Assembly (NCBI GenBank): GCA_024137785.1
Contig: JAHRHZ010000139.1
Span: forward strand, 47,128,652 to 47,192,651
Length of the DNA: 64,000 nucleotides
From: Ginglymostoma cirratum
Lineage: Eukaryota
Direction of reading: 5' to 3'
Part shown: positions 1 to 13,019 of the stretch, in pieces
How the letters are laid out: the number at the start of each line of letters is the position of its first letter
Numbering within the stretch: position 1 is the first letter of the stretch
The notes under the pieces: generated by a model
What the model saw: the letters and a program-made list of their open reading frames with translations, nothing else
What the model was told of the DNA's origin: nothing
Databases searched by the model: none
Translations under genes and position numbers: made by a program

Positions 1-300
1 TGTGGGGTGAGTAGAGGGGGTGGGGGTGGGGGTGTGTGTTGTGGGGTGTGTGTGTGTGTTGGGTGAGAAGAGGGGGTGGGGGTGGGGGTGTGTGTTGTGG
101 GGTGAGTAGAGGGGGTGGGGGTGGGGGTGTGTGTTGTGGGGTGAGTAGAGGTGTTGGGGGTGTGTGTTGTGGGGTGAGAAGAGGGGGTGGGGGTGGGGGT
201 GTGTGTTGGGGGCGGGTGAAGAGGGGGTGGGGGTGGGGGTGTGTGTTGTGGGGTGAGAAGAGGGGGTGGGGGTGGGGGTGTGTGTTGGCCGGGAGAAGAG
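1..300. repeat. G-rich minisatellite, ~39-bp unit (TGTGGGGTGAG(T/A)AGAGGGGGTGGGGGTGGGGGTGTGTGT)
   Basis: About 7 imperfect tandem units are directly visible; the 36..332 ORF is just a translation of the repeat. Confidence 0.9.
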
Positions 301-409
301 GGTGCCTCTTAGATAGGGATGGGAGCAGTTGACCCTCACAGTGTCCACATTGCAGAGCCTGCCATGTGTCTAGGAACTTTTAATGAACCAGTCCGGTGCA
401 AGTCAGATC

Positions 410-810
410 TTGCTTTTATGTAGCACGTTTTACGGCTACAGGATGTTCCAGATGCTTTATAGCCAATGAGCAGTTTTGAAGTGAAGTCATTGTTGTAATG
501 TGAGAAATGTGACAGCTAATTTGACTGCAGCAAGTGCAGTCAAAAAGTGATTAACTAACGACCAGATAATCTGTTTGTGATCTTGGTTGAGCGCTGAATA
601 TTGGTCAGGACCAACACCACCATTCGTTTCGGACATATTGCCATGTAATCGTTTCCATGTACCTGAGAAGGCAGACGGTTAAACATCTTAACAGAAAGAC
701 AGAACATCATACAGAACAGCATATTGCACATGGGGTATTCAATAAGATTATGATTCTGGAGTTATTCTCCACAGTTTTCTGACTTTAAGCTGCCAACTGA
801 GCCCCATATA
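410..810 (-). mobile_element. Deu-domain SINE (SacSINE1/AmnSINE1-like), degraded
   Basis: Reverse complement of the Deu-SINE 3' part (CTTGCTTTTATGTAGCAC...AGCCAATGAGCAGTTTTGAAGTGAAGTCATTGTTGTAATG...CAGCAAG); similar to copies at 10866, 18745, 29010 and 62755. Confidence 0.7.
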
Positions 811-3639
811 ACAATGGGCCTTGGAAATACCATAAAACAGTCATAGCATTGTACGAATGACAACATTTGCAATCTGGGTCCTGACTGGAGCAAAATGAAA
901 TAGTTAAGATCATGCATTTGACAGGTGTGCAGTAGGAAACAATTTTATATTGTCAATTTGCTGAAATGTTCACCTCCAATATCCACATTAAGTGGAGGTG
1001 CAGCTGCTTCTGCTGTATTTCTGACAAATGGATGTAAGTCTTGAAACATATTCTTCTTATAGACAATGAGAGTGCAGCAGGAATTTAATGCCCAGCTGAA
1101 ACGTAACTTTTAATGGGAGCTTGGAGCCTGTATGGCTTGAGGGAGCAAGTGTCGCTTGCAATAAACATTCTGTTTAAGCTTTGTTTTTAAAGTTGAGTCC
1201 AGCCTGTACAGGACTCTTCACCTCTTGTGATTAATGCTGCGTCTGTAACCAGCAGGACCCTGACAAAAGGTAATATAAATGGAGAGAACTGCTTGCTTCC
1301 CTGAGGGAGATTATATCAGATTTTCCCTAGAAGCCTTGAGTTTCAAATCCTGGTTACGTGCTTTGGCCGGCTAGGAATTCAGCGAAATATTTCATGCTGT
1401 GAATTAATTAACAAAGTTTTTAGAATGTGAAGTATTTTGTGTTTTAGGTACCATGTTTTGTAATTGTGCTTCTGATGCATGTCTTTTCATACATACACCA
1501 CCTTGTGTTAGTCCCATCCCTCCCCCTTCCTCCTGAGATCACTTCTAGGTATCTCTTACCATTTAATCACACGGGACCAAAAATAACATCTGAATCATAT
1601 GTAACTGGTGCCCTGCTTTTTTGTGTTGTTGTTGGGAAGGAACCAAAAGTGAACTTGAGGCGATGGTAATTAGTGGCATTTATTCAAAAGAAGGCACTGT
1701 ATCTGATGTGGGAACTGAGATCATTTGTTGAGGATAGGCAAAACTTACTTATTCAACGATAAAAAGCACGTGATTTCTTCCAGATTTGGGGGACTGGGGG
1801 TGGGGCAGGGTGCGTGGAAGGAGCAAATTATTTAAATAAACAATCAATTCAGCTCTTTTTGTAAAGTATTGTGCTGTGTTTGCTGATTATACATATCATC
1901 AGTGCGACTCCTTTTCAGTTCAACTGAACAAAAAATTAACCACTTCTAAATATTTTGAGCCCAAACTGTCATTATGGACTATTTGAGAGAGGTCTTAGTG
2001 AATATTTTGCAATTTTCAAACAAATGCATGCTGTGCTATTTTATACTTTTCTTTCAATGATTTATCAAAGACAAATAGATAAGATTATTCTTCAACCTGG
2101 ATAGCAGATACTGTGCCCAGGCTTAGATAAAACTGAAACTAAGTACTCCAGTCTTGGCATGCTATAAGGGCTGCTCCTCTAACTTGTTTTATAGAGAAGA
2201 CAAGAACAGAAGGAGGGGCTACACAAACCTGCATTGCATTTTTTTTGCTATATAAGTAATGTTTGAATTGCATCTAATTATAGTCCCGCTACAAAGTTGT
2301 ACAGACTTGAAGGAAGGCTTACACTCCAAAGATGTTTAGTCTTTGCAGCATCAAGTTAAATTCGGGATTCTAGCCAAGTCAAATACATTACAAAGGGTTC
2401 TGTGTGTTTTTGAAGCAATTCCATAATTACTTAGAAAATGAGTATTCTGCTTTTTCTAATTACACATCTAGTTGGGGATTTTTTTTCTGTTCCTCTGTAT
2501 ATGATCTCATCTTTCAGTTTTAACAATGCTTGCTACATCTGTGCTCGTACAGCCAGCAATATTGGCATAATTACATCACCTTTTAATGCTGCATTTGCTA
2601 CATGACTACAACAACACTGCCAGGTCTGGGTGAGTCAATAAAAGATTGGTTTGAGAGTTTGCATGTTACACCAAATAAATGCTCTGAATGTCACTTTTCT
2701 ATCGCTCCAAGTGCACTGGGCTTTCTCCAATGTCCAGTTTGGTTTGTACAATATTACAAAATAACTGCATGAAATGAGTAAATGATTTTCCTCCTTGCTT
2801 CCCATAGACTTGTCTCGTCCTGATCAATGGCTTGAATCTGGTTTGTCAAGCCCTCTGCTGTTTGTTTTGGTCGAGACGTGGTGGATTGGCACACCCTGGT
2901 GATGCCACTGAGTTTCTAGCGGGAGCGCAGTTTCCGATATGTGGAGGCGCCCAGAACCCTCCCTTGCCAACACCCGAATGTGGCGTGATGGGGGCCATGC
3001 ACAGCTTTGTACTTATTCTTTTGGGTCCAGTGGGATTCTACACGCTTGAAACCTTCAGGGCCCATCTTTAAATTACTTCTGTTAATATCAGGCCTACTAT
3101 TTCAGTAGGTCACTCCTGGTTGGGCTAGCACTGCCTGTTGAAATGATGGCACACCATGGATAATAGTCTCTGATGCCACCACAACTGAAGCAGAGGTGCA
3201 GCGCTCATGCAAGATGCCCTCTGCTGACCTTTGAATTCCAGTCAATGCCAATGTCTCTGAGTCTTCAGGAATTGGAGGTAAATATCCCAGGCGCTACTAT
3301 AAAGAACCACACTTAAGTAGGGAATTCTCCCAGTGACTATTAAATGGTGAATCAGTTTGGTTTTATTACCTTCTTGTTCCAATTTGAGAAGCTCTAGTCC
3401 AGGCCACTTGAAATGACGTGTTTCCTTGTGGAGCAGGCAGAAAGGTACAAATGACCTACTCCTGCCTTCTGAATCCTATGTTCCTGAGTCCTTCCAGGTC
3501 TCCGTGACTGGTGCTGAGAGGCAATGAGATTTGAGTTGCTCATACCTTTTTAACACTGTTATGTCATAGAATGTCAGCTGCCTATATATACATATCTAAA
3601 TGTGAGTGTTGGGACATCAGGTACTTGGCGTTCACATGG

Positions 3640-3930
3640 GTAGTGGTTTCACAGTTCCTGGGTTCATAATCCAGCTGCTCACACCACCAGTTCAGGGAAT
3701 GTGAAACCACTGAGACCATATTGACTGTGAAGTTGTCATCACGATCAGACCAGCTCAGTAATGGCCCGTAGGAGGCAGAGTTTGATGATCTGGCTGTAGC
3801 TTCACACTGATGTGCTTCGCTCTTAACTATCCACTAAAGGTGGCCTAGAAACCGCTTGCACACCACCTTGTCTGTGCACCTGGGGTTGGGAAAACATGCT
3901 AGCCCCACAGTTCACGAAGGAATAAAGAGA
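3640..3930 (+). mobile_element. degraded tRNA-derived SINE, same family as 38395-38835
   Basis: GGGTTCATAATCC B-box-like motif; ...CTCTTAACT... and tail resemble the better-preserved copy at 38.4-38.8 kb. Confidence 0.45.
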
Positions 3931-6900
3931 AATAAATCCATTTGTAAAATTGATTGGTGCCCATTGATGCCACAATTGATCTATGTGCAGTCTGACATTA
4001 GAAAATTAATTGGAAGGAAGGAAAATTTAAACTTGTGATTGGACACAAATGCAGGTTTAGAAATTTTACATTCAGTAGAGTCACTGTAACTTAAATTTCA
4101 AATTTCAGTTTAAGACTGATGGAATTAAATAATGTTCTGTCTTACCATTTGTATTTCATGGCATCTGGGCTTCAGCTGCAAGGTTTAAAGTATATTGCAA
4201 TAAAATTAGTTGTTCTGACCTCATGCAGGGTCAGTGAAAAAATCCTCCTTTTCACGTTTTTTTTCTTCGAGATAGCTCGGCAGCCGAATTCCTGAAGTGT
4301 AACCTGAAACCTGTTTGAAAAGATATTAATCACGGCATCTGGTATTTTACTTTCTGCGAGTTACAACTGAAGTTTTTGCAAGCAAATGTTAGCTCAAGTG
4401 TTATATACTTAACTGAATCAACAGTGTGATTGGCCTGCCCACTCCAATCACACACAAGCCAAAAAGGGGAAACAATAGACATGGAACCACTGGGTGCAAG
4501 ACTGTGTTCATGTCAGCCCATTAGTGACCATACAAGATCTCTTAGACATTCCTATAGTCCTGAAATCATTTCTTTGTGACACAAGCATGCTTAATAATCA
4601 TTTCTTTGTGAGATTCCAACTGTGACACAACATCTGTAAAATATGTTGTCGAAACAGAGGGAAATCATTTAAAGTCCTGAAACATTTAGCAAAGTTTCAT
4701 TGGCATTTCTCAAATTGCTTTGCAGATGTTTGTAATTGGTGTTTAACCCAGCTAGTGAATAGACTGTATTTGGCTCCATCAAGCATCTATTACAATGAGC
4801 AGATTGTAGCTGCAATAGATGTTGAACCTGGCCAATTTGCAGAATATCCTTCGTAGTAGGTGTTCGGCCAAGCCAGTGAACGGAATGGCTTTGGCCAGGT
4901 AACGAAAGCTGATGGATTCTTTTTTAAAAAATGCCTTTTTGCAGATGCTTAAATTTTGATGAGGCTCCTTTTCTTAACTCAGACCAGTTGTAATTCTGAA
5001 TGCATTGGAAATTAATGCATTTTATGAAAAGAGAACTTTATCTTTTGATTCAACAAGACAGAATGCTTGACTCTCTGCACTGGCTGGAATAGAATTCAAT
5101 TCGATAGCATGTAATTTCCCAAACCCTGTTGATACAAGTAAATTTTGACCACTGACTCGTTTGTGGTGTGAAAGTTGTAGCTTTTTTTTGTTTTTTTTCT
5201 GAGAGTCTGGTCAGAAACACCTCGTGTCCATTTGTAGAAGTAGCAAGCATCAGTTTACTGGAAAGTACACCACTGAGTGACATCAGGGGCAGATCACCCA
5301 CAGTGTGCTGATGTCAGGAGATAGTTTATTTTCCAGTAAGCTAATGTATATAAGTCATTTGTTGATTTTTCTACTGCACTCTCCATTGACCTCGATCGTT
5401 GCCAACAGTTTTTCTTCAGAGAATGAAGTGGAATAATTTGGTGTTACTTTCATTTTAAAACAAAAGGTGTGGTGTAACTTTGAATGCAATTGTAAGGTTC
5501 CCCTTCTTTGATTGTACGTTTTCACTGACTAGTTGAGTCCTGAAAGTTTCCAACCTGTTAAAGTTTCTCAGTGGTCAGTGTAACGTGGTGTAACATATTG
5601 CTAAAGCATTATCTTTCTTTTTTTTAAAAATGTATCGATCTGCTGTGACTTGCCGGGCTTTGATGTGTCCGATCTGTAACCTGCAATGGGATTAGAAATG
5701 TTTCAAGTGGAGGGAAGGTAGAGAGTGAGATTGTTTCTGCATCTGGAGAAAACTGAACACAGTTTTGCTTTAATTTTGTTGAAAAGTGTAAGAATTAGCA
5801 AGAAACAGTTATACTACTCGTGTTCAACAAGGCTGTTCATTAATCTTGCCTCACTCCAAAATGATTTTGGCATTTTCTTTATTTCAATGGGACTTGTGGC
5901 TATTTTGCTTCTGCTGATTTACTTGGGTAAAGGTCAAGAGGTTTCAGGGGTCAACAGAAGGGGCATTGCTTTTGATACAGTAATTGAGGAAAAAACCTTG
6001 GCCTTAGAACTATAATTGAGTGAGGCCATAGCCACAGTGTTTGTTAAAACAGTATTTGAAAAGAGGCTCTAAGAACTGTTAAAGATTAGTCATGTTTTCT
6101 TTTCTAAATCTGTTCCTAAATTGGAGTCTGGAAAGCGACTGAACTTTGTTCCAAGTGATACAGCTTTGTTATGTGAAATTGATAATCTTTATTAATCAGT
6201 TACTAAGGAAATGGTCTTTTTCTGTTGACCGTTTGGAACAGACGCTTGGCTCTGCTCTTTGCTCCCAATGTTAGGCAGACATTCTTCACCTTAGCCTTTT
6301 TACCGAGAATCTAACTCTTGATTAATAGAGAAATCACCAATAATTTGTTTTTTGGGTACATGGGATGGAAGGCTGACACTAGAGGGCAATTGAGAGCTTT
6401 GAACATGTTGAGCTAATTCAGATTTTTCCTTTTAACTGTGACTCTTCAGTATGTATTTGGAATGTTTTTCTGTTCATTGTTTTTGGTCATGGATCTCATT
6501 CTTGCTTTTCCCCTCTCGTGTCACTATAACAAAGAGGCACCATTGTAAGGCCCTGAAATTTCTTTGCTGAGAGGGTGTGTAGTTAGCCAGTTAGGACAGA
6601 AAAGAAGAGAGAAATTCACTCATTTCAAGCTTGTGGACCTTTAGAATTTGAAGAGTGCTCAACTGTCGAACATGTTTGAAGCTGAGATCATTGGTTTATT
6701 GGGAAGTACGCAATTTGAGGAAAGTATATTTGCTGTAGCCAAGATCGTAAATTGTGGAAGAGGGTGATGGGTGCTACAAGCTTTTCCCTCTATTGTAATC
6801 TGTATGTCCTTCCAGGGCAAGTAAGTTCTGTAAAGTGTAGGGGGTTAGGTGGGGGAGCTGGAGAATGGTGAGAGATGCACAGGGGATATGGGAATGGGAG

Positions 6901-8089
6901 ATGGGGATGGAGTAGGAAGGAAGGTTGAAGTGGGATGTTGAATGGGGATATTAGGAAAAGAATAGGTTGAGTTATGGCATGACCTGGATGGGAATTTAAC
7001 AAAATAAAATTGCGATAAACATAACTAACTTAACTTGGATTCATGTCACACCTTTCACATGCTCAGGAAATCCAAAAGTGCTTTGGATCAAATGAAATAC
7101 TTGAAAGGGTACAGACTATTGCACTAAAGGAAAGGCAGCAGTCAGTATGGGTGCAGTCAACTGTGAAATAATTAACTAGGTTAACTCTTCTAATGATGTT
7201 GCTTGCAGGTTAAATGCTGCCTGGATTTTGTGGGGTGGTGGGAGGTGGTGAATCTCTACTGCTATTCTTTTGAGTAGTGCTTTTGGACCTGCTTTCCCCC
7301 AGAGAGCAGGTAGGTATCTTGATTTAATCAGGTCTTGTCCAAATCTTTGATAGTGCATTGATCATCTGAATTCTTTTAAAACTCTGAAGCCAAAAATATA
7401 ACTCTGTGTGTGTCTCTCTCTCTTTCTCTCTGCCTGTCTCCACCTCCACAACGCCCCCACCCAAAAAACTGGACCTCTTTATGTTATAAAAGGATTTCAA
7501 CAAGAAATTAAACTGTAAATGCTTAGTGAAGGCCATATGACAACATCTGGTTACTTAATTGTGTTGAATGCCGCGGTATGAGGAATATTTGATATAAAAT
7601 GGATCTTCTGACTGAATCACAGCAGCTTAGTCATAATACAGGCTGATATTTTAATATTGGAGCCTCATGTGGCCAATTATGATCTAATGGATGAGAAATG
7701 GAGTCTAGGAAATCTTTGCTTCCAAAATTAACTCCAGATTTGTGGTACATAACAACTTATCTCCAGCCAATATCATTAAACTTTAAATTAAAGTAATTAT
7801 TTGACATTAGATTACATACGATAGGAACCAGTCACGACCTCAACTTGGAGGCCAGTGTTCAGCATTCATTTTCTTCCTAAAGCATTGCCAGTGCTTCCAG
7901 GATTGTTCTGGAGTTTCCTGGGATTGAACTGTAATCTCGAGGGACGCAGCTGAAAGCAAGTCAAGGGGGAAAAAAAAAAGGAAGCATTAAAAACAATTGT
8001 TAAGACATTTTCTTTGAACACTTCTTCGCTTCTTAACAAAGACCCAATCCCCAAGCTGAGGCCAAATCAGTTTTACAAGGATTCGTTGT

Positions 8090-8495
8090 AACCCCCTTGC
8101 TGTTGTGCTCTGTCTGTATTTGTAAAACTCAAGATTGCCAGCGTTACCAGCTTTTTAACCACTTCCTCAATCTGTTTAGCCATCTCCTACGATTTGTAAT
8201 CACAAACCCTGGGTCTCTCGGTTCCTGCACCTGCTTTAAAATAAAAGCCTTTAGTTTGTATTGCCTCTCCTTGTTCTTCCACCGAAAATGAATCACTTCA
8301 CAGTTCTCTACATTAAATTTCTTCTGCCATGTATCTGCTGATGCCACCAGCCAATCTGTGTCCTCTTGAAGTGCGTCACTGTCCTCCCAAGCTTTGTGTC
8401 ATCTGCCTATTTTAAACTGATGTCTTGTGCATCCAAGTCTAGGCTGGTGATAAATATAAACACTGGGGCCCGAACGCTGATCCCTGGGGAATCCA
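8090..8495 (-). mobile_element. CR1 LINE RT fragment
   Basis: Minus-strand ORF 8144..8347 contains WQKKFNVENCEVIHF, homologous to WQMEFNVEKCEVIHF in the CR1 at 55.4-56.1 kb. Confidence 0.8.
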
Positions 8496-9517
8496 CCTTT
8501 ATGTCTTATCCCTGCAACACCTTCCCCTCACTCAGCTGACTCTGTAACCATGTGACAACTTTTCCTTTTATTTGAAGGCCAAATATTGGAGTTGGAAGGG
8601 CAAAGAGCATGTGGCTGGATCGGGTAGGAGGTAGATGGTAGTTGGACAAGCCTGTCTTTCTACCTCCATTTAACGATGGGGTATGCGTGAGTTTTGTTTT
8701 TAAACAGCCATCTATTTGTTAAAGTTCGCTTTAACCCAGCACAACCAAGCGTTTGGTTTGTGCGACCTCATCTAATTGGTGTTGCAATTGGTGCACCTAA
8801 TTGGTGTTGCATTTTCCTAGACTTAAATCTTTCACCCATTGGGCAAACTCCAGAATCCCACGCCTAAAGGATGCCTGATTTTTTTACTAAGGATGGAACT
8901 GCAGAAGTGTAACTCCATCACTCACTCGTCAGTATGGAGAGGTTAAGATGGCTTTCAAAGATCTCTCAACCACTTATATAGGTCTTTTTTAAAAATCTTT
9001 GTCTTTGTGGTTATTTCCGGTCAGTTGTAGGTTCGAGGCTACGGGATAGTGTTCTGTACTAGAACAGAATCTAAATTCTACACGTTTTAGATTCCTTTTG
9101 AAGCGATGTTTTGAATACACTCCTGTGGAATGCTATGAGATCTTTATCCATGACAAAGTTTATAGAATGTAAATTCCACTACTTAAATGTGGTTGCAGGT
9201 ATATCTTTATGTCTCATACAAATAAAATAGGTTTTAAATGTGTGTAATTCTGTCGTTGTTTTGGTGACGTGCAGAGCCTGGGGCAGTGCATTGGCCGTCA
9301 TCTGACTACATTTGATCCAAAAGGAAGCAAAAACCTCCTGACCACCTTAGCTTTGGACCAGGAGATCAAAGCATTTATTGTCAGACCTGCTACAATTAGA
9401 ATTATACAGCCCATTAACATTGGCATTGGTAATGCCTGTTCATAATCAAATGCGGAGTACTTGTTGACACCTCCTAAGAAAGGGTTATGGGGGGAAACCC
9501 CCCCCCCCAAGTTATTG

Positions 9518-9682
9518 ATAACACAGGGTGGAGCTGGAGGAGCGCAGAAAATTTTCTGAAGAAGGGTCCTGACCTGAAACGTCAACTTTCCTGCTCCTCT
9601 GATGCTGCCTGGCTTGCTGTGTCCCTCTAGCTCTACACTGTGTTACCTCTGACTCCAGCATTGGCCGTTCTTACTACCCCTT
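9518..9682 (+). mobile_element. Penelope-like terminal fragment with minimal hammerhead core, 9-bp TSD and inverted partial copy
   Basis: CTGAAGA(9556-9562)-AGGGTCCTGACCT-GAAAC-GTC(9581-9583); flanked by AAGTTATTG at 9509-9517 and 9683-9691; 9517-9547 is an inverted copy of ~9618-9648. Confidence 0.7.
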
Positions 9683-10865
9683 AAGTTATTGCTCTGCCCT
9701 ATTACCAGAGATTTAAGTAGTTGTTTTTATCAGGTTAAGTATTGACCATTGGAATACTTTTGACCCAAGTACAGGAGTCCCACCAGAGAGCTCCCTTGGA
9801 GGTTTGCTACAATTCAAGTAAGTTGGTGTACCCTGGCAGTCAGAGTGACAGCAAAACATGGGGGTGGAGGGCATTTAAAACCAAATTTTGAATATCGCAG
9901 AAAAAAGGTGCTCGATGATTCAGAAGTGCTCCTGGGGTTGTCAAGTCTCAACATTTCTAGTGTGTCTCCCCCGCCCCACCAACTCCAATTACTTAAATAC
10001 TGCATATTTGTGCTGTCTTTAAAGTCAATAACACATAATTAATTCTTTTGCTCTATTGCATTTAATGAGCACTTGACCCACTTACAGAACACACAAGCAG
10101 CCTCACGTTGATGTGCGCAGCACAAAATGTATGCTTTAAATTGTGAATGCTGTGTTTACTGAGGTGTTCTTTTCGCTTAGACAAATAAGATACACAATTT
10201 GAGCTAAAATTAGAAATGTCATAATTATTGTGCACAGTAACTTCATCCATCTGTGAGAATGGAGGAAATATTTAGTTGGATTGCCTTTTGGTGAAGGTGC
10301 TTCTAATCATCAAACAGTTTTTAATTTTAAAATATTGGCAGAAATTTTGTTCAGGGAGCCGTAAACACACTCAGTGGCAGATTGTCACCAGTCTTCATTT
10401 AATAAGCAAAGGTTTCCTCCGAAGATGCAATAATCTAAGCGTACAAGATTTATATACAATAACGTTTGAAAATGTGGAAGTGATATTAAAAGAAGACAGT
10501 GCATTTTCTGCAGCATTTTTGCACTTGCCTGGATTGTGCTGTCCAGTATTGAATCATTAATAATTTCTTTTTAGGCGAGACCAAGTATGCAAAGAAAACC
10601 ACCAACTTAAATTTCAGTTAGATGCCAGCCAGTGTAGGGACTCTGTACACTTTTTTCCGCAATTGGGTGACTTGAGTATTGAATTCTCTTATCGTCAGTT
10701 CCATTAGTAAGATTTGCAAACAGACTCTGACGTTTTATTCTCCCTGTCTCCTTTTTATTTGTACTGATATTGAATGGCAGACCCATCCCAAGGGCTGACT
10801 GATCCACTCCCTCTCTCAATTTTTATGTTAGAAACTGAATGGTCTATTATGAAGTCCAAAAGGAA

Positions 10866-11222
10866 ATGGCTTGCATTTATGGAGCAACTCAGGTCAGTAA
10901 AGTACATGAAGTATTTTTAAAGTGTAATCATTGTTATGAAGCAGGGCAATGTGGCAGGAAGACCCCACAAATGGCATTATGATAGTCTGCCTCATGATGT
11001 TAGTTGGAGTATAAAAATTGGAAGGACAGCAGGTCGAACGCTCTTGTTTTAACATCTACTAAAATGGGGTCCTTAGTATCATACAAAAATTGGAAGACCG
11101 CATGCTTCACCATACTACTCCTCAGGAGCCTAGTGATGTCTTTAATCTCAATGACGTGCTCCAGTTTGTGGATTAGACCTTCCATCCAGCTTGGAGGGGA
11201 GAGTGCTACCACTGAGCCAGGG
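10866..11222 (-). mobile_element. Deu-domain SINE, degraded
   Basis: CTTGCATTTAT tail, GAAGTATTTTTAAAGTGTAATCATTGTT Deu segment, and head ending GAGAGTGCTACCACTGAGCCA (reverse complement of tRNA A-box TGGCTCAGTGGTAGCACTC). Confidence 0.7.
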
Positions 11223-11608
11223 CTGATTCTTAAATTGCAAGGATGGTTCAGTCAGACTAAAATTAATGATTGACCTGAACGATATGATACATAAAGGAAA
11301 ACTCAATTAAAGTTGCAAACCTTTAGTTCACCCTCATTAGAGAAGCTAACTTCAAATTATCAAGGATTGTGTTTAGCTTACTTAAATTGAAAATTCAAAA
11401 GAGAAGTTAGACTCTTCATTTTGCACCACAAGTGCCACTTTGCGACATTATGGTACACAGTGTAATTGCACCAGACTCAATCTTCACGCTAGCTGCACAA
11501 ATAAGTGGTTTCACTAATATGGTCAAAAAAAAGGCAGATTCTTCTGTGTCAGAGTCCAGAGAGTGAGGTTTATCTGTGGACAAACTTTAACAAGACTACC
11601 TAATAGTA

Positions 11609-11799
11609 GCAAAATACTGTTGTATTCGAAATCTGGAGCAAACACAGAATGCTGGAGAAACTCAGCAGGTCTGGCAGCGTCTGTGGAGACAGAAATCAAT
11701 TACGTTTCAAGCTCAATTCTTAAGAAGAGTCATGTTTCTCTTTTCACAAATACTGCCAGACTGGCTGAGTTTCTCCGGCATCCTGTGTTTTGCTTTCGA
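11609..11799. mobile_element. palindromic (head-to-head) Penelope-like short element
   Basis: Arm ~11638-11696 (GCAAACACAGAATGCTGGAGAAACTCAGCAGGTCTGGCAG...) is the reverse complement of ~11734-11793; the spacer has degenerate hammerhead pieces (ACGTTTC, CTTAAGAAGAGTCA). Confidence 0.7.
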
Positions 11800-11839
11800 T
11801 GACAGGAGAATTTGACAAGGCTGCTTTTTAAAATAAGGA

Positions 11840-12403
11840 GTTCAGGTAAAAAGTGCAAAATCAAGGAAGTTATGACATAACTTTAGAAATTGCTGGTTAG
11901 TCTGAGCTAGAATTTTGGGCAGCACATTTCTGTAATGATACTGAGCCCTTGGTAAAGGAACAAGGAAAGTTTTACTAGAATGCTACCAGAAGTGAGGACT
12001 TCAGATATTTGGAGAGACTGAAGAATCTGGGATTGTTCTATTCGGGGCAGGAAAAAATGTGGAGCAATTTAGTAGGTGCATTCCAAATTACACAGTACTG
12101 TAAATAAAGAGAACGCTGTTTTCACCGCAGGTGGGTCAGTAACCAGATGAGAGGGTTTCAGATGAGAATGTCGAAACAGCAGGTGAGGAGAAATAATGCA
12201 GAGTTGTTTTGATCTGGAATGTGATACCCAGAAGGATGGTTAAAAAGCTAGGTTCATTAACAACATCCAAAAGGCAATGGAGTAAACACTATGGGACTCT
12301 GGATAAATAGCAGAGGGAGAACTCCAGTCTACTGATTTAAGTTTTGGCTCGCAGAAGTACAGTGGGCTGAATGGCTTCTTTCTGTGCTGAATCATTCTAT
12401 GAA
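11840..12403 (+). mobile_element. CR1 LINE 3' fragment
   Basis: Degenerate CR1 ORF2 C-terminus (TTTACTAGAATGCTACCAG) and typical 3' tail GGGCTGAATGGCTTCTTTCTGTGCTG...TTCTATGA. Confidence 0.7.
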
Positions 12404-13019
12404 TGAAAACATCATTGCTTGGGAAAGAATACAGGGATATCAGTTGCCTCCTTAATGTGTACTGAAGCTAAATAGCTTAGAATTAAAAGAGTTATTCATA
12501 GAATAGTATTGATAAAACGTGGTAACCATAAGAAATGGTAAATTGGGGTGGTATTTCGGGACTTTTTCTATGTCTATCATAGAATATCTAGCATCCTTAC
12601 TTCAATTAATGAGACAGGATGTCCAATTCGGGAAGGGAAATGGATGCAAACTGACCGAACTGCTTGTACTTTGTGTGTTTCGGTCTGTGAACAGAATTAT
12701 AGGAGGAATATAATAACTGCAGTAATGGGATCATGTTGCAGTGATACTAAATTGGATTTTCTTTTGCAGTAATTAAGAGGTTGTTTTGTTCAGAATCTGG
12801 CACCAGCACATGAAACCTAATAGTTAGAGTGTATTTCTATCAGGCTTTGTTGAGTTTGCTGCGGCACTTGACGTACATGCCCTGTTATTTAAACAGGTTT
12901 TAATGTACATCAATAGCATCAAAAGAGATGTTGTGAATTAGTCTAATGACTTTCTTATGATTTAATTTTCTGGATTAATGCTGCCTTTTATAGGCAGAAA
13001 TTTAAAGGGCGCTTTACAA

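Noticed and set aside
36-332. 98-aa Gly/Cys/Val-rich ORF
   Set aside because: It is a translation of the G-rich minisatellite, with no ATG start.
4564-4630. 16-bp direct repeat AATCATTTCTTTGTGA with ~16-nt spacer (CRISPR-like look)
   Set aside because: Only two copies, in a vertebrate intron with no cas genes; a local duplication.
1-13000. Upstream ARID5B long-isoform exons (MEPNSLQWVG..., BAH-like region)
   Set aside because: No matching peptide was seen; they presumably lie 5' of the window.
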